A DNA stretch of 63,417 nucleotides, filler included, from Saprolegnia diclina VS20 (Eukaryota), in assembly GCF_000281045.1 (NCBI RefSeq). It is 4 parts of 2 records of this genome, joined end to end, with 100 filler letters (N's around TTAATTAATTAA, not from the genome) between each part and the next. Parts side by side here need not be neighbours in the genome. Positions count along the whole stretch, not along the records: positions 27,223 to 57,421 come from NW_008246164.1; 3 more parts are not named here. One strand, written 5' to 3'. Numbering within the stretch: position 1 is the first letter of the stretch; every line of letters starts with the position of its first letter. Shown piece after piece: positions 35,811-48,395 of the stretch. A program made the position numbers and the translations under genes. Under the pieces are notes generated by a model. That model was given only the letters and a program-made list of their open reading frames with translations. It made no database searches and was not told the origin of the DNA.

Positions 35811-36129
35811 AGTCGAGTAGCGCTTCATTAATACCTCTGCCTACAACTGCGACGTCACGCTCGAGTAAATATACTCGCCGATCGTCCTTACAAGGACTTC
35901 GCCATCGCGCGCTGCACCTACCTCCGTGGCACCTGCGGAAGCAAAGAGACGTGTCATTGGCACAGCCCTGTCGCCGAGGGCAGTTGCCGACAAGAGCGAT
36001 AGCTAGAGCGATGTGTCCATCTCGGGACAGCTGAACGACTCGATTCGACTACAATGGCTAGGGCATTGACTGGGGTCGACTAGAGCTTTGACGACAGTCG
36101 ACTAAATTACCTAGAGTCGTTTTGGATCC

Positions 36130-36717
36130 ATGGATGCACCCAAGCGGCGAGACCATACGCCGTACTTGGACGTCATGACGGTGCAGTCGCGCCGGTACAT
36201 CGCAATGGGCGACGCGGCGCAAGGCGAGCACCTGAAGCTCCTCGTCGAGCCCATCCACGTCCCCGACCTCAACCACACGGGCATCACGCGGGCGGTGGAG
36301 GGCGCGCCGGCGCTCTTCTACCCGACAGGCGCCAAGAATGTGCATTTCCGCCAAGTCATTCAGGCGTCGTTGGCGCAGAGCACGGACCTCGAGTCGCCAT
36401 CGTTGAGCGGGCGGTCGGCGTCCACGGGTGCGCTGCCGTCGGTCGTGCAGCCGCAACGGGCCACGTTGCACCACGCCATGTCGCTCACGCTTGTCCACGA
36501 CCCGTCGTCGAATACGTCGTCGCCAAGCTCGACGCCCAAGAAAGCCAAAAAGGGCAAAGCGCCCGGTGGCAACAGCAGCGACCATTTGTACGTACGCCGA
36601 GACAAGAAGACGGCGCAGCATTACAAGGCCAAGGACGTCAAGACGCGCGATATCCTCGCCACCGTGCGCATGAACACCACCAAGATCACCAACCTCGTCA
36701 ACCCCCACGCAACCTAG
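36130..36717 (+). CDS. Hypothetical protein (195 aa)
   Basis: ATG-initiated ORF with high GC3 codon bias; no recognisable domain. Confidence 0.6.
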   Translation: MDAPKRRDHTPYLDVMTVQSRRYIAMGDAAQGEHLKLLVEPIHVPDLNHTGITRAVEGAPALFYPTGAKNVHFRQVIQASLAQSTDLESPSLSGRSASTGALPSVVQPQRATLHHAMSLTLVHDPSSNTSSPSSTPKKAKKGKAPGGNSSDHLYVRRDKKTAQHYKAKDVKTRDILATVRMNTTKITNLVNPHAT

Positions 36718-37338
36718 CGCTACCTGCCAGCAAATTTCCTGTTAATCGTATTACCATTAAACACAAAGTGGATGGATCGCTCTGTGCGCAGCTCACTCCC
36801 AACGACTAACTCCGACGCATTCAGGCGTAGCGCTACGTATGCGAAGTCTTTGTGTCATAATGAACATAACGCAAAACACGTTCATATATATATAAACACA
36901 CAAAGTTGTCCATCACACACCGGACCCTAGCCCCATTCCCGCGGTTGCGACGCCCAGCGAGAGTCCTGTGTCTACAGATGCGGCCAAAGGCTCGAGTTGA
37001 CGGTGCACCGCTGCTGCCGACGCCACACCGCATAGGACATCCGAGGCAAGCTACCTCTACACTTGGGCTGACGGTATTGCCGTCCATCGAATAGCGCAGC
37101 ACAGCCAACATGCTGCTGTATCATGACCAGCCATCCCATTGTCGCTGAAGGATGACGTTTCCAAGCCGAGCTACATGTACGATGCGCCATCGATAAGGCC
37201 GACTGGACTCGTGTCAACCTACGAGGAGCCGCTCCCAGTAAGTAGGAACGTTGGCTCCTCCGACACGCTCCGTCCCTATCTCTCTCGACACCATAGTCCC
37301 TCCAAAACCAAGTTGCAATTACGTCGCACCTTAGCACA

Positions 37339-40300
37339 CTACGCGAGGTAGACAAGGCGGTCGGCGAACGCGGTGCGCGCCTCTGGCCACACGTCGAGGA
37401 CGAGGTCTATCGTGACCGGCGGCTCCAACCCGCCAAAGTCATGGCGAAGGAGAAGCACGAGCAACTGCGGCGTCATGCCGTCCTTGTCAATGTACGTCAA
37501 GAGCCGGTGGCGTTGCTGCCAGCGCACGCGCGCATAGACCACCGCGTGTAGCGACGGGAACGCTGCGCGACTAGCGTCGAACACCGCCTCGAGCTTTGCG
37601 CGCACGAGCTGATCCCACGCTGCGTCCGGTCGATCGGGCACCTGCGTCTCGTCGAGCAGCTGGCGGATCGCACGCCGGTACGCTGTGCGCGACACGTGCC
37701 GGACCGCACGCTTGATGATGCGGAGGCTGGGCAGCGTCGCGTCGTCCGCGACACTCGGGCGCAGCCCATCGCTACAGTATCAATCTATCAACTGGATACG
37801 TCGACCGGACGCCACGTACCGCACTTGGACAAGATACCACGCTGCATCTTTCGACAGCGTTGGGTCACGGCTCGTATGGATCGTCTGAACGGCGGCGAGA
37901 ATGTCACCTCGCGGGTCCAAGTCCTGGGCCCACGCCGGCAGCACGTCCAGCCAGCCAAAGGCACTCTCCACGTCGGTGGTCGACGGCGACGATCGGGGCG
38001 CCGGGTGCATTCTGCGGTACCGCGCGCGGGCCACTTCGATGAGGTTGTAGAAGCGGCGGTTGGTCGCGTCCGACTTCATGGGGCGATTGAGGCGCACGTC
38101 GTCGTGGCCAGGCACGCAGCCGCCCATGCAGTGCTCAACATACCGGTAGAGCTCGTGCGCGCGGAGCGACGGGCACACCCAGAGTGCATCGTCGAGGTGC
38201 TGGTGGATCGTCTTGGAGCATCGCAGCGGCTGCGCCTTCTTGCAGCAGTAGGGCAGAATGCGGTCGACAACCAGCGCCATCGGTGGCTTGTCCGTCGCCG
38301 GAAACGAGGCAAGCAGCTCGTCCGCGGTTGCGTCGGGGTGCTCGACGACGTACGCCAGTGCCTGCGCGCGCCACCGGGTGTAGCGCTTGGCGGCAGGTGT
38401 CTCTTCGGTCTCGCCAACGGCGTCCCCGTCGTCCATGACAAGCAACGGCGCCTCGCCAAAACCGAGACCGGTGCGGATCGCATTCGAAATCGCTGCCCGC
38501 TGCATCTCGTGCACGGCGGCCGTCGACGGAAAGGCGGTGAGCGTCTCGGGCACGTAGCCAAAGACGTTGGCGGCGTCGACAAACGCGTCGTACGGTGACG
38601 CGTGGTGCACGTCGCGCAACGTGGCTTGGACAATGGTTTCACGGACGCCGGTCGGCGGCACCTGTTTCCGGGACCAGTAAAGACTGTCGCGGCCGACCTC
38701 GATCGCGCGTTCATAGTGCAAGCTTGCTCTCTCGTACGTGATGAGCGCCCGCAGCAGCGACGCCGACGGAAAGGTCGGCGCTGACGCATCGAAAAACAAG
38801 TGCAGTTTCGTCGAGAGCTGCGCATCTGTGAGCGGCGACTCGCGGTCAAGCCACTCGCGGAGTGCATCGCGGTACCGGTGCACGCTCGGGTCCTGCAGTG
38901 CACGCTGGAGGACCGTCTACGACAAGCCATGGCATTTTGCTGGCGTTGAAGGTCGGTCGCACCTCGGAAATGTGGTGCAGATACTGAGGCTCGGGTCGCG
39001 GCTAGTAGCAGGCGAATGAGTTCATGACGCCGGTATCGAATAATAGAGGAAGTACTAGGGACGGATGGCAGAGCGTGTGGCGCACCGCGCCGTCAACAAG
39101 GACGGGGTTGGCGTACAGCTGGCTTTGCAGGGACTGCGCGGCGGCCAGCCACGTGTGCCAGTGCGGCAAGTCCGCCGGTGCATTTGCGCGCAGCGCTGCA
39201 TAGTAGGCTTGGCATTGATGTCGGACGTTGAACCGGTGCAGGTCCGACATGCGGTAGCGCTGGTAGTCGCGCAAAAGCGCCGCAAGCAGCAGTTGCTTGT
39301 AGTGCGACGGGAGCGCGGACGCGTTCTTTTCAAAGTACGCAAGTGCCTTCGCGACGAGACCCGGGTGCGGGAACCCACGGCTCGACCCACCGACCGACCG
39401 CACTTGCGCCCGCAGAAAGGCCATGGCCCTAGCCCCAGCCAGTACTATAAGGAGAGTGTTCTGATGTAGTTGGATACGTACCCGTCGACGTTGCTCTGGA
39501 GTCCGTGCATTTGCACATATTGCTGCAGCCAGTGCAGGTACTTGGACGCGATCGGGAGCTCAGCGAGAAGCGACCGTGACACGCGTACGTAGCGGCGCAC
39601 AAAGGTTTCGCGCACGTCGTCTTCGCCGGCCAACGGCAGCGCTTTTATCGTCCGCGCAAGCGTATTGAACGCATGAGGTAAAATGTCGGCGGTCAGCGGG
39701 TCTCGAAGTCGCGTGTCTTCGAGGATATGGGCGGTCAAGTCGCGCTGGCTCAAGTTCGGGTGCGGGGTCATAGGTGGCTGCATGGCATCCGCCGTCCCGA
39801 CCGCCGCGACGTGGGCCAGATGCGGCGGCGTCAGCTGCTTGCGCTTGTGGAGGAGCCAGTTGAGTGGGTGCGCGTCGGCTTCGACGGCCGGCGCAAAAGA
39901 CGGTACGGGGATCGTCGTAAACGCGCCCGACGTACTCGCTTCGACCTACGGCAAAATCTCTGTCACGACCTTGTCGGATACATAAGATCTACCTCGCTGA
40001 CGTGGAGTGCGTCACGAACATTATAGGACGACAGCAGCGTCGCGCGATCGAGGATGTGGGGCATGCGCAGCTGACCGCGCGACGGGCGCCAAAACGGCGC
40101 CTTCTTGCGGACAAGGGTGACCTTGCGCTTCTTGATTGGTGGCGCCATCGGGGCGAGCTCGAACCTAGTGGGTAGTCGGAACCTAAGACGCCGCTCGTAG
40201 AGAGGAGAACAGACTCGTGGACGAGCTGCATCGCATCGCCAAACTCAGACGCCAGCGTGAGCACGCGAGCAACAAAGTCGGGCGCCAGGGACATGTGCGC

Positions 40301-41901
40301 GGCCACGACTGCCTTGTACAAGCTGAGCTCCATGTTGGCATCTACGCAAAGCCATCCAAGTTACTGTTGTCGTGGCCAAGACTCGAACCGGTGATAGATC
40401 CAGGGCTGAAGTACACGCGGCCCCACCACTGGCGTTGGGCAAGCGCAGCCACCAGCGTCGAGCTCGATGGCACCTACAACCCATGATGCAAAGAGGGATT
40501 CGGTGCGACGGAATACCGGTCCGAGAAGCGTCGCGAGCTGCTGCCAGAGCCAAAACGCATGCTGCGCGTGCAAGTCTTCGTACAAGAGACTGCCGCAGCT
40601 ATCGATCGCGGTCGCCAGCGTCTCGCGCAGTACGTCTGTTGGGACGTGGCCTAGATCGCATGAGTCACGCGATGCCAGTGGCACACGTCACCATTGGCGT
40701 GGGCCGAGACGAGCGCTTGCAGTGGCTCGGCGGCCGATGGTTCGAGCCGCGCCCAGCTACAGCATCCACATGAGTTGTTGACGACCTCTCGCACAAGCAC
40801 CGTCGGCACACGTCGACATGCGCATGCGTCGCAGTCGGGTAGTACAGCACGTAGAACCCGTAGGCCTAATCGCCGATCGAGTGAGCACTCTGGCTACGTT
40901 GAAACACAGCAAACCATGCGACATGCGTGCGGCTCGCGCGGGTTGCGGTGATAGAAGTGCTCGATGAAGTCGCCGGCGCGGGCAACCTCGTGCTTCATCA
41001 CCAGCAGCTAACGGTATATAGCATGCAAGACGACCGCAACGAGCTCTGTACCTGGACGTAGTATGTCATGTAGACGGGCGACGTTGGCGACAAGGTGGTC
41101 GCCCGCCGAAGCGCCATTTGGCCTTCTTGAAACAAGAGCGCCGTCCCGATTTTGGTCTCGAGCTCGTTGATGTGCAAGTTGCGGGGCAGACTATGGTCGC
41201 GAAACTGGGCGCGGAGGTCGGCGTCTTCGTAAAAGAGCAGCCAGTAGCAGAGGATGCCAAAGTCCGCCTGCACGTGCGCGTCGTCTCGGAATGCTTCCTA
41301 GCGGCAGGTGCAGGAGATCATATAGCGTGCTTCACGTACGATCGACTGCATGTCGTCCTTGAAATGGCGGTATGCCAAGTACAAGTTGCCTTGCAGCAGG
41401 TGCAGAAGAAAGATCTCGCGCTGCATGACCGCCGCCTACGCTCTCGATAGCACCCGACACAAGAGAGCGCGAGGACGTACGTTGATCGACTCGTCGTTGA
41501 GCGCAACGAGGCTCTGCAGGTAGTGCAGAAGCGCAGCGATTCCGTCGGGCTGTCGGCGCAGAATCTCCATACTGGTCTACGCAAGCGTCAAGCGCATGGT
41601 CAAAAGCGATGCCTACCGTGACGCAGAGATCGGGATGCGACTTGAACGAGCGGTAAATAGAGCGCAGGACCGAGGCGGCGCCATGGTAATCGCGGGCACC
41701 GACCAGCTACGATGGGCGAAATGGTCGAATGGCCACCAGGGCGATAGGAGGTGGTCGGCGTACCACAGGCAGGAGCTGGTAGAGCTTCTCGATGGAGCCG
41801 TTGGCGACGCTGCGGTACGCGTTGTGCACGGGCGCGAAGGACAGGACTGCGTCGTCGTAGCTGCGGGCGCCGATCCCGCGGAGCTTCTCTCTCGCCGCCA
41901 T
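37339..41901 (-). CDS. Large multi-exon protein with a TAF1A/Rrn11-like helical N-terminal region (may be more than one gene)
   Basis: Minus-strand exons join through short GT-AG introns (e.g. ...VHE|FELAPMAPPIKKRK). N-terminal DYHGAASVL...HPDLCVTTSMEILRRQP and YVQLLVMKHEVARAGDFIEHFYHRNP. Confidence 0.5.
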
Positions 41902-41937
41902 CGTCCTGGTCGTGCTGGTGGCCAAGTGCGATGGTTG

Positions 41938-42170
41938 CGATTGGTCAACTCCAATCTACCTGCGGATTGGATGAAAAGAGCTGGATTTAGACGCAAATAC
42001 GCTGATGTGATTGGTGCACTGAACTTGCGAGGCGAGGATTGGATGAAACAACGATACGTTTAAACGTCCCATTGGAAGGCGGCGAAATGCGTTTAAACCA
42101 TCCCTGCGACGATTGGTCATAATGGCACCAATGAAAAGCGGCGAATCTATCATCGGCAAGGCCATTGGCT
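41938..42170. promoter_or_regulatory. Bidirectional promoter with nine CCAAT/ATTGG boxes
   Basis: ATTGG or CCAAT at 41940, 41951, 41966, 42010, 42038, 42071, 42112, 42128 and 42164, between divergent ATGs at 41901 and 42207. Confidence 0.7.
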
Positions 42171-42206
42171 CAAATTCAAAACGGGCCGCGACCCAACGAA
42201 GCGTGC

Positions 42207-44500
42207 ATGACGGAGCGCATCCAAGGCCGCGTCGTCGCTCGCCGCTACCACGGCAAAACCTGTACGTGTGGACAATAGCGTCTATCGTTTACGTACACTA
42301 TATCGGCGTGTGGACCAACTAGTGTCGTTCTGCACGCTCTTGGTGCGCCACACGAGCGGCCTCGACCTTGCCACGTACAAGGACCACACCGCTGTGAACG
42401 ACGATACCGGGCTGCCCGTTCAAGTCTGCTTTGAAGCCAAGCGTCTCGAGCGTACGTCTATGCTTCAACAGCACGTTCTTGTGTCTCATGCACGCGCGTA
42501 CAGCGGTCGTCGCGCCCTGGCTGGCCTTTCCCGCTGCGAAGCGTGCGATCGTCCACAGTGACGAGGTGCTCGTCGACGTCGTGCCGCATGTCAACGCCCA
42601 CGGCCGCGCACAGCTTCTCGTGCTTCGGTGGCGCTTTCTCGATACGGACGGTGGGCAAAACGCCACTGCCCTTTACATCACAAACGTACGCCTCCTGTAG
42701 GTCTTATCGATCCTGTCACGGCCCAGCACGACCTCCTCGAGAGCCATCTCGCCAAGGCCAGTGCCATCTTGCATCACTTTGTCGCTCTCCCCAAGCGACT
42801 ACACCCCCTTCCCGCGCGACTCTCATGGCTCAAGACGGCGCTGCCGGGCGCCGCTGTCGCGCTCTGTTGTGGAATCCTGAGCCACCAAGACCGCATTGGC
42901 CTCCCGACGGCCGCAGCGATTCTGTCGACATCCTGGACGCTGCTTGCGACGCAGGATGTGTGGGCTCAGCGCATGCTGCCGCAGCTACCACCTCTGCCAG
43001 TACACCATACTACGAACGATGACTGTAGCGCTGACACTGCCTAGGAGGCCGACATGGCGGTCGACCCGAATGTTTGCCGCCTCTTTGCGACCGTGCCCGG
43101 TGGCTTTCAGGACGTGGCCGCCGGCGAGCTCATCGAGAAGGTCGATGCATTCGACATTGAGCTTCTCGAAGGCAAGGTCGTCTTTTCGATCCCGCTTGCA
43201 GCCTTGCCGCGTCTTCGCTCGCTGCGCTCGATCGAGAAGCTCTACGTGCTCCTCCTCAAGGCCAGTGACGTCCTCGCCTCGGCGTACCCACAGCTGCAAC
43301 AACGTGGTCGTTTATATCGTGTCTGCCTCTGTAGACACGTCCTCGGGCAGCTCCAGCACGATGTCCCCGCCGTCGTGCCGCGCGCTTACGTTGAGCATGC
43401 GCTGAGCGTCTACCAAGCGTTCCATACGCTTGAGCGTCGCCCGCAGACCTTTCGTGTGACACTCCGGCTGAGCGGCGTCGCGCCACGGAGCCAGCTCGAG
43501 CTCGCGCAAGCCTTGGCGGCGGGCATGCATCGGCGCTTCCAACTGTCGCCCGAGCTCAAGGTATTCCATTTGATCAAGAAGCTCAAGTATCCACGGGACG
43601 TAGGACTTTGATGTTGAGATCTTCTCGCATGTGCAGTACCCGCCACCGTACACGTCGGGCAGCGTGCTCCTTGGTCTCGCGCTGCTCCGGCGCACGATGG
43701 CCTTTGACGAGCTCGGCGAACACGTCGGTACAGTCCATGGCGTCTCTCTCTTCGCAGCACTTGATCCGGACAACAGGCAACGGTGTGAGCGCAACGGGCC
43801 GGCAGCTGTCGCTGACGACGCTTCGCCCGACGATCGCGTACAATCTGCTCCGGCTCGCCCAGCCCAAGTCGAGCACGATCCTCGTCGACCCTATGTGCGG
43901 CTGCGGCACGATCCCCGAGATGGCGGCCAAGCACTTTAGCGGCCAGCTCGTGTGCATCGCCGGTACCGCCTGTCGCATCACCTATCAATGCTTCAATGTA
44001 TCAATCCATCGCGACTCTAGGCGACTATGCGGACGCGGCGATCGAGCGCGCGGCGCACAACGCGGCCTTGGCGAGCGCAGCCAACCCGAACCTCTTCTTG
44101 GACGTGGTGCAGTGGGACTGTCGTCGGCTCCCGATTCGCCGGGACTTCGTCGATGCGCTCGTGACCGACATGCCGTTCGGGAAGCGCATTGGGTCGCACG
44201 CCAAGAACAATGGCAGCTACCCCGAGGTACCTGTCGTCGTACGAGGGGTCGGGTTAGCGGATACGGTTTAGATTTTGCACGAGTTTTGCCGCGTGACGAA
44301 GAAGGGCACCGGACATGCCGTGTTGCTAACGACCGAGCGCGAGCTCCTCACCAAGCAGCTCGGCCGATACAAGACATGTATTGCACCGAGTGGTCGCTAC
44401 GGGCTCATAGAGTGGGATCGCTGTAGGGATCGCGCACCGTCAAGCGACCGTCAACGTTGGCGGCCTCGACGCCAAGTGCTTCCACCTCTCCTACTTGTAG
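42207..44500 (+). CDS. THUMP-domain RNA guanine-N2 methyltransferase (THUMPD2/3 / Trm14-like), probably with an N-terminal OB-fold extension
   Basis: LFATVPGG, LRSLRSIEK, TTLRPTIAY, VDPMCGCGTI (SAM motif), VTDMPFGKR. A 45-nt intron at 43000-43044 joins the upstream exons in frame. Confidence 0.8.
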
Positions 44501-44918
44501 TTGTTGAAGCCGGCGTTTGCGCAATGCAACGCCAAAGAGACGAGGCAGATGCTTCTCCGTGCACCCGACACAACCTCAAGCTACTATGATTCCTACCCCA
44601 AGTACTCATCCACGCGTCCACGGATGCTTCCTTCTTGGTCGACACCTCGCTACATGGGCGATTGCAGTGTCAAACTATTGCATTGGGACAGCGGCGTCGG
44701 CGAATGATGCCACACCAGCAACAAGGAGAGGAGGACCACCTTGCATGCGGCGTCTCTACCTTGTTGGGTTCTAGAATGGCGTCCGTCAAGCGCAGTTTCG
44801 GAGTGGACATGAGTCAACGCCGGCGAATCGTAGCTCCGAATCGGGAGACAGCAACACACAACACAAAAGAGTGGTTACAAAGATAAATAGGCCCCTACCC
44901 CTAGAGGCGACGTGCATC

Positions 44919-46190
44919 TTAGAGCAATAAGAAGTCCTTGACCATGCGTTCCGACATGGTGTCGTACATAAACATGGTGTTTTCGTTGAGCGGGAGATGG
45001 GCAAAGCGCACGTCCATGGCCATCTTGCGGTCCAAGACCGCATTCGACTCGGCGTACCGGCGGATAATGTGCTCGCAAAAGCTGTCGTACGTGTTGGTCT
45101 CCGAGTAGAGACGCCGACCGGACGCGTAGCTCGCACTCCGGTAGGCTTCGACAAGCGTACCGACGACGCCGTCTTGGACGACGGGCCGGAACACCACCCA
45201 GCGCTTGAAGAGCCATGGCTCGACCGACGGATCGCTAAAGTCCGACGGGCCAAGGACCGATTGCTGACAGACCATGTGGCGCTCGCCGTCCGAGGTGCGT
45301 GCGACGATCGAGTTGTAGCTGACGTTCGGCACGCCGTGGACCTGGAGCGACCAGCGGCCGATCGTCTTGGAGACGACAAAGGCCATGTCCGGGGTGAGCG
45401 ACGTGACCTTGCAGAGGTCGGCGCTTTGCGCGTCCGGCGTCGTCTCCTGGAGCGACGCTTCCCAGATAAAGTCAAAGAGGTCCCGCGTGTTGCACGGAAA
45501 GAACTTTTCGTTGTAGAACGCGTAGCTGCGCTCCGTGATGCTGAGGCGGATCATCCACCCGTCCATGTGGATGGGCAGGCACGAGATCGAGTCGGGCGAA
45601 AACGACTTGGACTCGAGGTTGACGTTCATGAGGATGTACGACCCGATCGTCGTAAGCTCTTGGTGCGTGCGCCCGTCGGCAAACGGCGACGGCTCGTCCG
45701 TCATGTTGCCGCGCTCGTCGTCCGACGAGTTCGGGTCGTCCTTGACCACGCGGACGCTTGTGAGCTCCTCGATCGTCGACTCGGTGCGGTCGAGGAGCGA
45801 CGTGTCGAGGCTCGCGCAGGCCTTGCCGTGGTCGGCCATGGCCTTCCGGAGGTCCACAACATGAGCGCGCAAGAAATGCAGCTCGACCTTTTGCTTTCGC
45901 CGGCATTTCCGGCTCGCTGCGTTGATCTTGAGCTGGCGCTCGCGCGAAACCTTGGCCTTCTTCGTGTCCTTGGGGCACTTGGGCGAAATGTGCTGCTTGT
46001 TGCTGCCTTTGGCCTCGGTCGGCGGCAGCGACGAGAGCGACGTCGAGGCCGAGAGCGCGGGCGGCGGCAGCATCTGCGCGTGCAAGAAGAGCTGCGGGTG
46101 CATCGGCGCCGTGCTATTGCTACTGTGGTGGTGGAGGTGCTGCAGCGACGCCTGGCGCTGACGGGCGTGCGACTCGTTCAAGATCGCCAT
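44919..46190 (-). CDS. Atypical bZIP transcription factor with a C-terminal globular (possibly START-like) domain
   Basis: Intronless. SRERQLKINAASRKCRRKQKVELHFLRAHVVDL forms a basic region plus a short zipper. ATG at 46190. Confidence 0.75.
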   Translation of the reverse strand: MAILNESHARQRQASLQHLHHHSSNSTAPMHPQLFLHAQMLPPPALSASTSLSSLPPTEAKGSNKQHISPKCPKDTKKAKVSRERQLKINAASRKCRRKQKVELHFLRAHVVDLRKAMADHGKACASLDTSLLDRTESTIEELTSVRVVKDDPNSSDDERGNMTDEPSPFADGRTHQELTTIGSYILMNVNLESKSFSPDSISCLPIHMDGWMIRLSITERSYAFYNEKFFPCNTRDLFDFIWEASLQETTPDAQSADLCKVTSLTPDMAFVVSKTIGRWSLQVHGVPNVSYNSIVARTSDGERHMVCQQSVLGPSDFSDPSVEPWLFKRWVVFRPVVQDGVVGTLVEAYRSASYASGRRLYSETNTYDSFCEHIIRRYAESNAVLDRKMAMDVRFAHLPLNENTMFMYDTMSERMVKDFLLL

Positions 46191-48395
46191 CGGGCGCAAC
46201 CAGAAAGTTCGGAAATGAGAGACCACGCCGATGGCTGCGGCCGGCGTTCCCGTACACACCGTACATCCCGTACCTCTACCGCAAAGCGACACGAAATAGT
46301 GTACGCGTTGGTGGTACGCTCGCTGTTGACGCCCACGGAAATCTCGTTTGCGAGCCACGATGATGCTACAAGGGATGATCATGCAGACGCAATTTAGCCA
46401 AGAGTACTTTGTCGTGTGAAAGGTGTCGGTCGCGCTACCGCCTACTGGTCTAGTACAATACACTAAAATGTGGCTGTCGAGATATGGTTGTCGTTGTTGT
46501 GCCTGCCACTGGAACTAGTGTCCAACGGCTACCAACCAGTAAGGACCCAAGAGCCGCATGCCCTAAGCTTAGAGTCTACAGGCACGAAAATGACCCACGA
46601 AGCCGCGCCATAGGACCGTACGTGGCGATGAATCTAGCAAGCCCGTAAGCTACTTTATCTACTACAGTACAATCTGCTAGCTTTCCTATTCGACTGCAAT
46701 AGAAGCTGCGAGTTCAAAGCTGCTTGAGGGCCAACTGCAAAGCTATAACGTTACCAAGCGTGCTACATCGTCCATGGTCGATTAGGAATGTGTCATTGCC
46801 GTTTGCGGGCGGTGGACGGTCGCCCGCCATCATACACTATTTCCGTCGTTTCGAAATCCAAGGGCGTACGTTCACCGTACAATCACCGTACCCCCTTTAA
46901 CGTCGGGCCGGGCCTTTTCTTGCACTTGATGTTTGTATGTGCTGGAGAAAAACGCGGTTTCGGTTAAAGTCGTCGTGCCATCTGCTTGAATGGCTTGGCA
47001 CAGTGGCATGGCTCAGCGCTGTAAGAAGGTTGCGGGGGCGTTGTGGGCCATAGAAATTTCTAGTGATTTGGCGGCGGCAACACAAGAATTCGTGAGGTAC
47101 GGCGCGTCGTCTGATCACATCCAGGTGCGCATGTGTCCACGCCGCATCAAATAGGTACGCAAAAATGATCAAGGGGCCTCCTTGGTGACTTTACATTTGG
47201 GACACGGTTGGCGCGGCCACTTGAAGTTAGCACATTTTACGTACCAGCTCGTTCATAGATGGCCACTCGAGTCGGCTACAGCGCTATGTAGCTGCCTGCG
47301 CACTGCTCGAAGCGGCATTGCGCCCAGCTGGATGATAGCACCGAGGTGCAAGTACCGCGCCCCATGATGATGAGCCGTGCGCTCGAACGTTCGAGAGGCC
47401 CCATGTGAATGGAAGCAATGTCGCATGACTTGGTCTACGTTTGTCTGGTCACATGACGAGGGACGACCGAGGGACGGGATGCGTAACACGTTGAGTTGAC
47501 GCTCGAAAGAATGCTTTATGACGTACTAGTCGAATCGAATTATGGTCTGATCGACACCTGAAGAACTTAGTGGACTACTCGACTCTCTTGGAAGTCGTGG
47601 AAATGGCGTCCAGAGAGAAATGGTGTACCTTGTTTTCTGGGGCCGAGGAATCATAGGTTCAGGTGTTGCCGCCCATTGGTGCTGCTTCAATCACTCTCAT
47701 CATCTGTGCAGGCGAATGCACCCAGTCGTAATGTACCTATGTACAAGGCCGGAACGTTGAAGCACCGCGAGACGTTGAAGCCGAGAGCGCGCCAAGGAAG
47801 AAACCGCAGCGTCGAACCACCTACCATCTTCCAGTTGCGTGGCTCCACACTATGCGCGCAAGAAAGCTCTGCACAAGAGCTACCACCAGAGTTTCGACCG
47901 AAAGGGGAATCGAGTTGCGCCATTCGACGGACGTCTCTGCTTTGTGAGGACATTCCGGGCAATCGATGGCCATAAAAATGGAGATGCGCTTTTTTATGGA
48001 CAATGACAACACATAATGAGCGGCATCAACCACCGGAACACCGACTACAAGTCGTACTACACCTTGATAAGCAATCGATAACTACGAGTCTCTCTACATG
48101 GCATGAAGCAGAGATAGCGTCTGAGGGCAAATGCAGTTCTTTCAAACACCAAAACCTATTATCGTTGGGGGTTTCGGGGAAACTTCCACCTCGTCTCAAG
48201 AGCACCCGCGTGGGCAGCATTGGGCCCGACGTGCTGGTCTCTCTGCTAGCATGGCGACGTCAGATCGGACGTCCTTTACCAACCTCGCCGAGGTCGGGGA
48301 CAAAATCAACGAGGTTGCACCTGAACCACTTGTGGGTCGCCTCACATCGCCTACATTAGCGCTCGATGACGCCAGCGAAAAGCACTGACCGCCAC

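Noticed and set aside
44997..46397. 466-aa + strand ORF
   Set aside because: Antisense shadow of the bZIP gene.
46464..48390. Short ORFs here and in the array spacers (e.g. 5490-5714, 10160-10510, 14488-14934) as transposon remnants
   Set aside because: I could not recognise transposase, reverse transcriptase or integrase motifs, nor terminal repeats.
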